From Chrysomallon squamiferum (taxonomy: Eukaryota > Animalia > Mollusca), in the NCBI GenBank assembly GCA_012295275.1, contig CM022672.1, positions 34,596,001 through 34,660,000 on the forward strand: a stretch of 64,000 nt of DNA, written 5' to 3'. Below, in pieces: positions 50,793 through 64,000 of this stretch (its first letter is position 1; every line of letters begins with the position of its first letter). Under the pieces are notes generated by a model. The model worked only from the letters and a program-made list of their open reading frames with translations, made no database searches and was not told the DNA's origin. Made by a program: the position numbers and the translations under genes.

Positions 50793-53700
50793 TAGCAATA
50801 AAAGAGGGACGTACGGATGGACAAACGGAAAGTTAACAAATTGACAGATCACATATAAGATTCAAAACCGTATAGACAATAAAAAGAACAGCAAGATAAT
50901 TTTACTTCTCTCTCTTAAAGTGTGTTACTCTGTTATTCACAAATCAGACTGATAATATTTTTATCATTTTATAAAGTAGTTTAAGATAATCCTACTTCCT
51001 TATTTATTACACAGCGTGATGGCTGCAACGTGGATATGTTTTCGTTTTCTAGTCTGTTATTTGATTAAGTCTTAATGTTAATTTTTATTTTTCAAAGAGA
51101 AATCGTGTAGCAGGAAGATATAATATTTCAGCAGATATGAAAACCATTTCAAAATAGCGATTTTAATGTAAACAACCCGAGGTTTGGTTGCTATTTTCGT
51201 TTTTTAGTTTAAACACTGACATATGTATAGATATATATGTAATCGAAAAAGTTAATTTCACACACGTTCGCTACTGATGGCAATGAATACTAATTACTTA
51301 ATTAACTATTTTAAATACTGACAGTAAATAATAACCATTCATTCCTTATTTTTAATATAAATCTGCTGTTTACTTTTACGATGAAAATAAACAACATATT
51401 AATACAGTCTAACTACATTAATTCATTTTACTGTACAGACATGTAGAAAGGGTGGCTGTAAAAACTCCATCAGCGCTGTCACTGGTAGAAGAAATAATAT
51501 TAATTATGATACAGAAATACAGCCATAACCACTGAGATGTTTATCATTTCAACTGTCAAAGTTCAACAAAGTTAAATCTCTTATCATTACTTGAGCTAAA
51601 AATTATTGAATATTTTATGAGATGTGTAAAATGTCGTGGAAATATTTTGAATATTATGCAGTAGGCCAGATATCTGATTTTATTTATTTATTTGTTTTGT
51701 GTGTTTGGGTGGATGGATGGAACGACGGACGTGTAGGTGTTTAATTACAAAACAATTTTTTTTATGAGAGCGCATATTTTATATATGAAGTACAGCAGAT
51801 TAATTTTACTTCCTTGTTGATGGCTGCTATTTTGATGTTTTCTCTTTCTACTCATGAATCAGAAAAGAAATGAATATGAATGAGGAAAACAGTTTGAATG
51901 GTTAAGTGTTAGAGGTTTACTTTTGTGTTTTCTTAGTGGTGTTCTGTTTCTTTTGTTTTGTCGTTCTTGTTTTGTTTTTTATTGATTTTTATTTTATCCA
52001 GATTGGAGACAAACACAGAGAGAGACAGAGAAAGAAATAAAAAATCTGGGTTACTTGAGAATACTCTGTATAAAAGTGTAATAATGCATTATCCTAATGG
52101 TGAACCAAAAGTAATTATTGTCTTTAACCTAATTGTGGTTTGTTTGTTTGTTTTCTTCTTTTTCGTTGTTTTTGTTGAATTTTTTCGTTGATTGTTTTTG
52201 GTTTTTGTTGTGTTTTTTTCTTCTGCTGCTTGTTATTTGATACAGTTTTGTTTTTTTTTTTGTTTTTTTGTCGTTGTTTTTCCTCTTTCTTTGCCTCTGT
52301 CTCTGTTTCGCCTCAGAAAGAATGTTTTAAAATCTGAGTGGAAAACTAAATATTCAATTAAAGAACGTGATGTGTGAAAAGATAGTGAAACAAACATCTT
52401 GTTTAGTTACTGTGGAGTGTATTACTGCTATAAGACTATCTGTATATAATTGTATATGATGTTAATTATTTTACCATTTCCTCTATTAATAGACGATTAT
52501 ATGTATTAATATTACTTGTATTTATTGCATGATTTTTTTCAGTAAACGTAGCTTGGAATAAAAATGCATATCAAAATTGTTATGAATCGGGTTATGAAAA
52601 TTTTGCTTCAAGAGGCGTTGATGGACAAACCAGTGGAGATTGGCATGTAGTGATACACACAGCTACAAACCAGTCTTACACGTGGTGGGAAGTAGATTTA
52701 GAGAAAACCTTACTTTATTCATGAAGTTAAAATATATTTCAGATATGACTGTACACACAGTACAAATATGTAATATTAAGTTATAGAACAAATTTTTTGT
52801 TTGTTAATTTTACACACAGATACAAACCAGTTGTTAGTGAGGAAACCAGAATGTGGGAAACACACAGATACTGTTTCCTTTTGTAGAGTTATACTCACAG
52901 CTACAAACCAGTCTTTTGTTGTATAACTATTTCTTCATGTTATACAAACCAGTCTTTTTATTAAGTTATTAGCTAAGTTTGTATATTATAATATTTCCAT
53001 ACAAACAGCCATTACTGATTTATTTATACACACAGATACAAACCAGCCTTGTGGTGGGAAGTAGATTTTACACACAGATACAAACCAAAATGGGAACGAA
53101 AACATATTTTTATCCATGAAGTTAAAATCTATTTCAGATATGACTGTAAGTGTGAATATTAAACTATGAAATACAATATGTAATATTAATTATAACAAAT
53201 ATTTTTGTTTGTTAATTTTAACTTTTAAGTGAGTGAGATGGAATGTGTCTTTCACGCTCTTTCCTCTTTGTTGTTGTTTTTGTTGTATAACTATTTCTTC
53301 ATGTTATATTTTTATTAAATTAGCTAAGTTTGTATATGATAATATCATTTTTTTCATGAAATACATTTTTCTTTACAAGCATTTCTTTATTTCTTTCTTT
53401 ACTTGTTTCATTATTTTTATTATTTTTAACTTTTTACAATATGTACTTAATTTTTATTATTTCTTCTGGTCATTCTTTTACGTTTGTTTGTTTTCTGTGC
53501 TGTACTTTTATTTCATTATTATTTTTAATAATATTATTTGAATTTATTTATAAAACTATGAAATAAACTGTATTTCATTATTTGGTGTGATGGTAGTCGT
53601 ACTTGTATTATTGTAAGTATAACAATCAATTGTATCTAATTTAGTTAAATGGAGAAGAAATGGTGTACAGGTTTATGCTAACACTGCAGCGAGACAGTCT

Positions 53701-55088
53701 AACACAGGACATCTGTGTGGTACTGTTACTGGTAGAAAAGATGGAACTGATATTCCTGATATTGTGAACATCACTTGTAACGTCAACGCTAGATATGTGA
53801 CTGTTTATCAAGGAACAGATAATGGACAGTCGACAGCACTGGACTTTGTAGAAGTGGAAGTCTACGGTAATTCAACACAGAATTGATATTTGTCATTAAT
53901 AATCAATATTCCTGTATTGCTTATTGCAATTGCAGGAGCTCAGTAGAAATGCAAAACATATAGAAAGTGTTATTAATAATGCAATGATAAAAAACAAAAC
54001 AAGAAAAATCATTTAACTTACAACAATCGTGAGATGGCTGGTATCTGTTCACAATATATCATTTATATTTTTATTTCTAATTTGAATTTATTCTTAAATA
54101 ATTATTGTGCTTTATTAAATATCTTTCACATATTTGAATTTTGGAGATTTATCTTATTTCCTTTAAAATTCCGTTTTCTTATCAAATGATAACGACTTTT
54201 TCATTATCACAGAATTAAAACAAACACTGAACACGTACTTAGACATATTTCAGTAGGATGGAATTGAGGTTGTCTCCCATTTGTTATACACCTATCAACT
54301 AATGGACTCTAAGCAAACCTCTGTAATATTAGTGAAACAGTCACCGGATGAACACATTTATATACTGATATATGCTGTAATACTGCACTATAAACTACAT
54401 TAGTCATTTATATATGCTAACTGTAACATAATAATTCATATTATTCTTGTGTTGTGTAAATGGATGTGAATATATATTTCTGTTCATGTTTCTTTACTGT
54501 TAGTAGAGATTTCCTTAATTATTCACTAAGCTGACTGTGTAACAGATGGAAAGAAGAGATAATTATTGCATGCTAGGTAGAAGATGTATGACTACCACTT
54601 CATTCAGCCATGATGTGTGTTGCTATAGATGGGATGTGTAACAAATCGGAAGATACAGTTGTAAAAAGATACTTAATACTAATCCCTCCCTCTACCTTAT
54701 AACACTTTTGCTTATGTATATATGTGTATATATATATCTTTGTTTGCTCTTCCTTTTATTATTATTTTTCTTCTTCTTCTTCTTCTTCTTCTTATTATTA
54801 TTATTATTATTATTTGTTGTTGCTGTTGTTGTTGCCTCTTCATAATTTGAATTAATTTATTGATACGTTTGACATATACTGTATGTTTCTTCTCTTCCAA
54901 ATGTATGTAAATGATATTTAAATGTTTAAAATACTGTTCATATTTTTCAGTGTGTCAAACAGGATTTTACGGTTCTGAGTGTAACAAACTGTGTAACAGT
55001 CGTCATTGTCAGTCTGATTCGTGTCCTGCTGAGACAGGTTCTTGTAATGGAGGATGTCAGGCTGGATGGAGTGGAGTTGACTGTACAG
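49989..55088 (+). pseudogene. Receptor copy C 5' part (signal peptide, F-type lectin, first EGF); lectin exon disrupted as assembled
   Basis: Exons 49989-50067, 52543 to about 52750 (+1 frameshift ttagagaaaacct near 52701, degraded donor), 53645-53866 and 54951-55088, all collinear with copy B. The damage could be an assembly error. Confidence 0.7.
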
Positions 55089-55909
55089 GTAACTAAATCA
55101 TAACTACACAGTGATAATTTATAGAAATATTTTTCTAAATGTTTTTACACAACGTCTGGAGGGCGTTGGGGTGGGTTAATTGAACTGTACAGGTCCAATA
55201 TCGAAGAATTTACAATACAGCTCAAGCGATAAAGAAAGAACAAATGACTGAACTGTTGCTAAGTTTTGCACTGTGTGTGTGGTGTGAGCAAAGGACACAG
55301 TGGTAGGAGGAGAAGTGTTCGCTCAAGTAAGCAAACAGTCAACTGTGCTCTGTCGGAGAAAATCCATGATGTGTGGAAACTAACACTGACTGTTCAACGT
55401 CTCCTAACAGTTAACTTGCATCTCCTTTCACTGAAAAATTAAGTAGCAGAATGAACTGACATCCCAACATTAAACAGTAATTTGTAGGTGATTTTCCAAA
55501 AATCTGGACACAGATGATTAATATGTTATCAAGCAGATTTTTTCTCGGAAAATTAACCAAAATATTTTTATTAACTGAGAATCCAGGTAATGAACTCGTA
55601 GATTCGGCTCAACTTTACAGTGCAGCAGTTAATCATTGGACGCTGAGCAGTTCATCATGTGGTTTGAAAAGTAATTATTAGTCCATCTATCCGTGCTTTT
55701 GGGTGTTTTTTTAATTATTATTATTATTATCATTGTTATAATTATTATTTTTAAAATAAATGTAGTCAATATTACCTGAAATGAATGTACGAAAATTATT
55801 TTACAGATTTATTATTATTTTGTTTTATTTATTTTACTTTAATCCCTAGATAAGTGTTTTGAAAAGTAATTATTAGACCGTTTGGGTGTTTTCTAAATTA
55901 TTATTATTA

Positions 55910-55944
<35 letters not shown>

Positions 55945-56821
55945 CATCAGTGTTGAACTTGATGTTGTTATGGTACATGCTTGAGAGAGTTAGACAAATT
56001 ATATACCAGGAGGCGTGTTACGTTTCAGTAAACATGAATACACATTTGAGAAGAGCAGCATGAATATAAATAGCTGGGATTTTTCTTTTCTTCTTGTTGT
56101 TATTGTTCAACAATAATAAAGAACAACAATAATATAAATTAATTAATAATGTTTTAAACATACTAACCATTAACAACAATATTTTGAAGTTCACTAGTTC
56201 CTACTTCCTTTTCGTTTTATTATCTCGTGTCTTCTTTGATGTAAATCTGTATGTTTATTTTATTTAATTTTTTTTTTTTGGGTATAGCGTTATCAAAAGT
56301 ATGATATGCAGGTTTGATGAGTTATTTGACAATATAAACTTACATTTATAACAAATACTTACATTCACTGTTTCGAAGAAAAAACATTAGTGCTGAAAAT
56401 GTCTATATAAATCTTCACTACAGCAAGTAGAAAACAAAACACTAGACATAATTATTTAATTGTAATAATATTTTCCTATCTATGAAGCCTTTCCTCATTT
56501 AACTACAGTCATGATTCGATTTTAGTTTAAATGGATGAATACCGTTAGTAAAATACAAAAGAAAATAGTCGTACAAGCAATAATTCCTATAACAAGGTTG
56601 TTATTCCTACAAACAATATATTAACTTTGTTGCAGAGATAGTGTCATAATTACATGTATTACTATTACAGTAAATATAATAATTATGCACAGATATTATC
56701 ATTATCATTATGAGCATTAATAACATCACTTAACATCACTTATATAGCCAACTGGCATGTGAAATAGTAATGATAAGACAGGCATTAATGAACAATAATA
56801 ATACATAATAATACATATATA

Positions 56822-57021
56822 NNNNNNNNNNNNNNNNNNNNNNNNNNNNNNNNNNNNNNNNNNNNNNNNNNNNNNNNNNNNNNNNNNNNNNNNNNNNNNN
56901 NNNNNNNNNNNNNNNNNNNNNNNNNNNNNNNNNNNNNNNNNNNNNNNNNNNNNNNNNNNNNNNNNNNNNNNNNNNNNNNNNNNNNNNNNNNNNNNNNNNN
57001 NNNNNNNNNNNNNNNNNNNNN
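56822..57021. other. Assembly gap (200 N)
   Basis: Run of exactly 200 N, a fixed-size scaffold gap; the true distance is unknown. Confidence 0.99.
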
Positions 57022-57164
57022 TATGGTTTAGTCATAAGGCTTTATCATTGAAACTTTCCAAGGCATTTATCAGCTGTTGGTGTTGAATTTTTTTATGTAA
57101 ACGTTTGTGTAAATTAGTCTTAGTACAGATTTATATATACAGTGAATATTACTTCTAACTTTAG

Positions 57165-57287
57165 TCCAAGATATCTAAACAAGGATACTTGCTGACACCA
57201 GATCAAAAAGGCACCGAAGTAAGCTTCTGGAAACTGGATACTGAAAACGACTCAAGAACAATTATAACTTTGTTGTCAAAAGGAAAA

Positions 57288-57384
<97 letters not shown>

Positions 57385-58820
57385 TTGTTTTTATTATTCT
57401 TAATTTAATACAGTGTAATGTATATTTATATCTAAATATGATTATTTCAAAAAGAAATCAAATCGTAAATCTGCGGTTAGTGTGATTATTTTCGTTTTGT
57501 TTTCAACACACAATCGCTTACCAACCTTGTAAAACTCGTAGCTATATTACAATAGCTTTTTAACAAATATAATTAATTATATTACAGCACAAATGGACAA
57601 ATATTTTAGGTTAAACTCATCTTTATTATTAAATTTATTGATACCATTCGTGGTTTTTCAGAATTTACAATTAAAATGTTTGTTTTTAACATTTCAGTTG
57701 AAAAGTGAAATGATTCCGTCTCCAGAAAATTCTGTACAACATGGTGAAACCACAATCACTGCTCTTAAAGAGACATCAGTCATACACGAGATAAACCAGA
57801 AGACGTTACAAGTTGAGACAAAGGTATCTTTCTGAATAGCAATTTATTTAATTCTTGTATCTCTTTGATAAAGGTAATTGCGCAGCATGATGTGTTTTAT
57901 TCATTTCTTTGGTTGGAAATAGAACATAACCATTACATAACACACACACATACACACACACACAAAACAAATATACATCTATATATAAATAGTAATTTGC
58001 GTTTTCTGTTTACTTAGAATATGCGTCTTTATTAATTTCATATATTTATATCGTTTTACATAATCTTAAACAATATTTATGTTGTAATTAAGGGCAGTAC
58101 GGAAAAACGAGAGATACAACATTTCTGTATTCACGGATGGTTGCCAACCACTGACTCTGTCACACTGATAACCTGTCTGACAACAATCAGTGAACACATT
58201 CAAACACAACAGGAAAAAGGGAAGATACATCCTGTCACACTTATATACAGGTCAGTGGATTTGTTCTATTTCTTTTTAATAAATAATACGATTTAAAAAA
58301 GATACATTAGTTACTAAAATATATGAGAATGAAACTTCAAAGAATATATATTAATTATCTTACATACGGTAAAAATTAGCACACTGTGTTATTTTATAAA
58401 ATGACGAGCTAAATGTTCAAGAAGCTGTTTCTAATAGTATTCTGTGTAATTTTTTACAGAGAAAGTGAAGCTAAAAACGCTCTAACTCTGTGTATCGCAA
58501 ACAACATCTTGTCTGGTATTCGGCTCGATTCAGAAGTTGAGATATTCAACAATATTAGACGATTTCAGTCAGTGATTCCAAGCGTAGAGTTCACCAAGGT
58601 AAATACTGTTTTAAATAATTATTACTGATTGAAGAAAGCATTTAATAATCTAATGCTTATGCTGTTAGTGAATATTTCCATATTAAGCTGTGTACTAGAA
58701 TGAAATATATTGTCTTTGTTTATTGTATTTCAGGATGACTTTACATTTTTATGTAACTTGGCTTTCATGAATCTTGAAGCATCTTCAGTTTATGCCAACT
58801 GCCCTTCATCGGAAATATGA
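57165..58820 (+). CDS. 3' end (D2 exons) of a second receptor PTP paralogous to copy A; partial
   Basis: Exons 57165 to about 57282 (donor lost), 57698-57823, 58093-58250, 58460-58598 and 58734-58820 (TGA) are near-identical to 11458-13130. Confidence 0.8.
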
Positions 58821-59983
58821 CATTTGTATAATCAGTAAAGAGAAGAATGATTTTAGAACATTGGGAATGTTATGAAACGTTTTTAGATTTTATTCCATAG
58901 ACTGATTAAATTAGTGCTATTTCATCTATTCTGTACAGTATATGATCTCTTAGTGTCTGTTTATAATTGTACAGTATAACTGAATATGTAATATAACATT
59001 ATACGTTAAATATTCAGTATAGGAAATACTTATCTTGTTATTTAAGGAGTACGTAATTATATCCTAAGCAGCAAGGTTGTTTTCTTTTTTATTTGTCAAT
59101 TTAAATGTTTAATAATAATAATAATAATAATAATGTAAAAAAATAAACACCAAGAGAAAACCATGTGTTACTGATTGTTTAACATGAAACATGCGCCAAC
59201 ACCTGCCAATTATACGTAATCTTTAGCTTTGTGCTATTTTTGTATTCTTCTTGTCAATATTATTATTATTAGTAGTAGTAGTAGTATTAGTATTATTAAG
59301 CCATGATAATTAGTCAGTTTAATACCACATTATTTGTGTTTTGCCTCAGAAACTTTGGTTTCTCTAAGAGAAATTATTGATGGCTGGTGTTCGGAAATGA
59401 GTAAGCTCTGTAAAATAACATTAAACAGAAGATTATGTCCTTATGTCTTGTTCTGAACACCCATCTGAATCATCTGAATGCACAGTAAGCATTGATTTCA
59501 TTAGATGATGGATTATGTTTCACTCCAGTTGTCATTCTATCCATTGTATAATTTTTCATCCAGATATTAAATTTGCATTAGTCAGGATAACTATATATTA
59601 ATTTTCATTTACTGATTTACGATTATTTTGTAGTTTCATAATTAAACTGTTGATTATGCTTTTTAATGTCAAAATAGTGGCTTTTTTCGCTTAATTATTT
59701 CCTTAGTTGCTATAAATACATTTTTTTCTTAATTGAAGCGAAATTTATAATTACAAATATGTACATCTTGCAATAGATATAGATTAGAAGATTTTTTATA
59801 CATTGGTATATGATATTATGTCTATTACAGGTAACATGCAAGTGATTCATCAGAAAATGAGGAAGGGGATAATAAATAAATCACAAGAATTAAGTATTAT
59901 TTTTGTTTTATTATTGAATAATGTAATAACTTATTTAAGGAAATATGTACTACTACAGCATCTATTTTTAGTTGATATTATTA

Positions 59984-60020
<37 letters not shown>

Positions 60021-60089
60021 TATTATTATTATTATCATTATTATTATTATTATTACTGTTATTATTATTATTATTATTATGATTATTAC

Positions 60090-60132
<43 letters not shown>

Positions 60133-61941
60133 GTCATTATGATTATTTTAAATATATGTTTGCGTCAGACCTTTAAGCAAAAAATGAAATAAAAATTAAT
60201 ATGGGGTACAATTCAGTACATCTTTTTATTATTGTGAATATTTTAGGGGTTTTTAATTTTTTTTATATATTTATTCTTATATATTTATTTTTAATTTATT
60301 TTCCACACTCGTTGACATTCAAGTTAAATCAGACGTTCTTTGTGTCAGAAGATATTAAGTTTACATTTCCTTCAACGAGGTTGTTTCTGCATTACTAAAT
60401 TTTGTTACCTTTATTAAACTTTTGCTTCTGTTTTCATATATTACTTTCTAATCATGGTCTAGAAGACATGATTATTCTAATTTTTGTATTCACTTAATAT
60501 GTAGTACTTTAAAATATTATATTAAACGCTATATATTACTTTTTCTGTTTTTTTGTTTGTTTTTGTTTTCTCTGGTTTTGGTTTTTCTTTAATGTTTTTC
60601 TTTATTGTGCTACTGTTTTAATGTATTAACTGCATTTGTTTGTTACCACAAAGGCATGGACGTGATGCAGATATAGCAAACATTACAACCCAAGTGAATT
60701 TACCTTCATATATGTAAGCATATTTCTTTACTTCTTCCATGTTCAGTTCCTCGATGTCTATACCCCAGTGTAGTTCAAGATGGAGCAGTTATGTTAACTA
60801 GGAAAAGACACGTATATATTAATAACCGGTTTCGCTATGTTCTATAGGAAAGACGACGACAACAACGACAGTAATAATAATGAATCTAATAATAATAATA
60901 TATGTTATTCAATTCACTAGAATAATACTAATAATAATTAAGTATCAATAGCTGACCGATAACGACTCTTGTTAAGATACAAATCCTACAAAACATAATT
61001 AACATTTTCTGTAGTAGGACAAGACATATTAGTTACTATTTATCCTTGAAATTAGTTTTCTCAATCACACTGTTGTAGAACATAAATGCTGATATTTCGT
61101 TTTTAGTCAAAGTGTGTATATATATATATTTGTGTGAGTACTATATATGTTTTTGCATATATATGTATGTATTAATTTCTCTCAGTAGATAAAGTTATAC
61201 GATTAAAAATAATTTATCATCATGAATATTACAAAAATGACAGGTTCCATTTTTCTCTTCCAGTATTGGAAAAATACTTTTGAATTAATTTATCATTTAT
61301 AATATGTTGTGAATATGTGATGATAACGTAAAATATATCAAACAATTTAGATTCATTATAAAAAAACATGTGATCGTGTAGTACTCTTTTAACAGCATGT
61401 TTTAAACCACAAAACATTCACATGAATGAAGGAAGGTTTGTGTTTGTATTTGTGTTTGTATTTTGTGTTTGTATTTGTGTTTGTATTTTGTGTTTGTATT
61501 TTGTGTTTGTATTTTGTGTTTGTATTTGTGTTTGTATTTTGTGTTTGTTACAAACGACACACAGTGAGACGTGGTTTACGTGGTGGTCGTACTCAACATC
61601 GGGATGATGTTGGTTTGTGTACCCGAGCCACGTTTATAAAGACACAAACTGGACAACTGCCCCGGGGTCAAGCAGATTAACATTCACAACATAGTTCAGT
61701 TTGATTGTGATCCGAAATATAAACAGTAGTCCGTACCTTTGTAATTTGCTTGCTAAACCTCTTTATAATGTTTTGGCTGTGATGTCAGTGCACAATAATT
61801 ATAATTTTTTACAATAGTGATATATCTAATTAAAATAAATAAAGAAAACACAGTTCACATCTTATCTGAGTACTTTCTATAACTAGAGACTCTATCACAA
61901 ACTGAATAAAACTGTATTCAAAGTTATTCACAGTTATATAT

Positions 61942-62298
61942 TTTACAATCATCTCTCTCTCTCTCTCTCTGTTTATTTTTGTGTAATAAAAATACTATAT
62001 CTTTTTACTATAATGTAAATAACATATCTTGTTACTATAATATGAATAATATATCTCGTTACTATTACGTAAATACTGTTAATATTGTTTACATGGTTTA
62101 TTTTTCACATAATAGATTGTGGCTTCCTGCTATGAACATGTTCTCTTACAAGACTTCACACACAGTTTCACACTGTCTCCATTTCGATGGTTTCCTTGGT
62201 TGTTAGAGCCGTGGCAAGAAGACGGTTTCAGTTCTATTTTGTCAAACATAGAAAAGCTTTATAATAATCTTGTCAGTTATACTTCGTGGCTGAAATAA
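61942..62298 (+). pseudogene. Internally deleted pseudogene copy 2 of the Hog gene
   Basis: Same intron-1/last-exon fusion (cataatag|attgtggcttcc at 62115/62116); it encodes IVASCYEHVLLQDF...SYTSWLK*. Confidence 0.9.
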
Positions 62299-62854
62299 AC
62301 TTACCATGTTTCTATAGTTGTGTTTTATTTCTGTTTGGCGATAAACAAAACATTCACTCCTGCTTAGAGTACATCAAGGAAATGCTGGAAGTGCGCAGGA
62401 CAAGTAGAACTCTACGATCACAGAATTCATTAAGATGAGGAACATCAAAAATAACAAGAACTACATACGATAGAGATGTTTAAGTTACGCACATTTAAAA
62501 ACCTGGAAGTATGTATATAAGCTGTCGTATACAAATAATCAATATATATATATATTCCCATGTGATCAAATATGCAGGAAAATTCAGAAAAGATATCGAG
62601 TTTCATTTGATAGATCTCGTAAAAAAAAATACAAAATAATAATAAAAATATTAGTCAATATTTTTGATAGATGTCATTTCAAACTCCATGTTCTGTAAAA
62701 TGCATACAATCTGAGATAAAAGAAATTCCATATTTCTTTTATTTTTATTTTTTTAAACATAGTACACATTTTTAAAATATTGTTGTAAAAAAGGTATTAT
62801 TATTATTATTATTATTATTATTGTTGTTGTTGTTGTTTTTGTTATTGTTGTTTT

Positions 62855-63308
62855 TGTGAGTGTGTGCTGCCTAATGAACGAATCAAATAATAAATACAAA
62901 TATACAACAAATAATAACATTAAGTTAACGTTTGTATTAAAAAATAGTAATAAAAAAAAATTCAATAAAATAAAATAATAATAATAATAATAATAATAAA
63001 GAAACTCGTCTAAAACAATTGCTGGTTATACATAATTTACGGCAATTTCATGAATGTTAAAAATAGCTTTGCGTCGATCAAATACTGCACAAAAACACGA
63101 TCTAAGGGAAATAACTCTCTTTTACGTTAACAAACTTTCGGCAAAGGCTGAGTCTCCATAAATAAATAAACTAATACATAAGTCAAAGCGATACAGCGAT
63201 ATCTGAAACCTTGAAAACAGTTTCACATTCATGAAAAAATTCATGAACTTTTTTAATAGATGTCATTTCAAACTATATGTTTATATGATTATAAAAAGAT
63301 ACTACTAC

Positions 63309-63369
<61 letters not shown>

Positions 63370-63466
63370 GTGAGTGTATGCTGCCTAATGAATAAATAAA
63401 ATAATAAATACAAACAAACAACAAATAATACAGTAATTTAATGTTTGTATTTAAAAAAATAAACAA

Positions 63467-63526
<60 letters not shown>

Positions 63527-63800
63527 GAAACTCGTCTGAAACAAGTGCTGGCTATACATAATATAATTTAAAATAATTTCAGCAACACTAAATACGTTCA
63601 CGTTTCTTTCACGAATGTTAAAAGTACTTTTGCCTCGATCAAACACTGCATAAAAACACGATGTAAGGGAAATAACTCTCTTTCATGTGCACAAAGTTAC
63701 ACCAAAGGCTGAGTCTCCAGAATATACGTAAACAAATAAACAACTCAAAGCGATATGCTTACTGTACAGCGATATCTGAAACCTCGAAAAAGTTTCACAT
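62855..63800 (+). repeat. Local tandem duplication (about 62855-63230 vs 63369-63800)
   Basis: Both units run tgtgagtgt..gctgcctaatgaa...gaaactcgtct...aagggaaataactctc...aaaggctgagtctcca...cagcgatatctgaaacc. Confidence 0.8.
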
Positions 63801-64000
63801 TGATGAGTTTTTTGTTGTTGATAATGTATAATTTATTTTTCAAATTAATAATTTTTATAACCACTACTTTCATTTTAAAACAGCAACATCTAGAACAATT
63901 CAACACAAACTTAATACAGATTTATTACTTTACTGTTATACTAATAAAAATAAATATGATATTATTTCCAAATAATATATTATTTTTGAACTAGTACTGC

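Larger units (their letters stand above)
57036..63000 (+). repeat. Segmental duplication, copy 2 (partner 11331-17550)
   Basis: Collinear match including the PTP 3' exons, 3' UTR, inverted block and Hog pseudogene. Confidence 0.93.

Overview
AT-rich, microsatellite-dense eukaryotic DNA with spliceosomal GT-AG introns; gene content suggests a lophotrochozoan, probably a mollusc (inference). Most ORF-track entries are microsatellite artefacts, so I rebuilt the real genes by hand from splice sites and exon phases. (1) A tandem cluster of type-I membrane receptors sharing an ectodomain of signal peptide, F-type lectin (fucolectin) domain and MEGF-like EGF repeats. Copy A (<271-13130, 5' end outside the window) ends in an intact PTP D1 plus a dead D2. 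Copy B (37771-47371) has no phosphatase and a short tail with ITAM/ITIM-like tyrosines. Copy C (49989-55088) has a frameshifted, scrambled lectin exon. A second PTP 3' end (57165-58820) follows a 200-N gap. (2) An apparently intact 5-exon hedgehog-related gene (31508-34361, 264 aa): signal peptide, a 45-aa 8-Cys peptide, then a Hog (Hint + SRR-like) domain. Two deleted/inverted pseudogene copies of it travel with the PTP 3' ends. (3) A torsin-family AAA+ gene with an intron-free CDS (18910-19776, minus). (4) A Tigger/pogo relic, LINE/SINE remnants, minisatellites and segmental duplications. The strongest candidates for new biology are the Cys-peptide-Hog protein and the paired phosphatase/ITAM-like lectin receptors with a rapidly diversifying lectin exon. 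No database searches were run.
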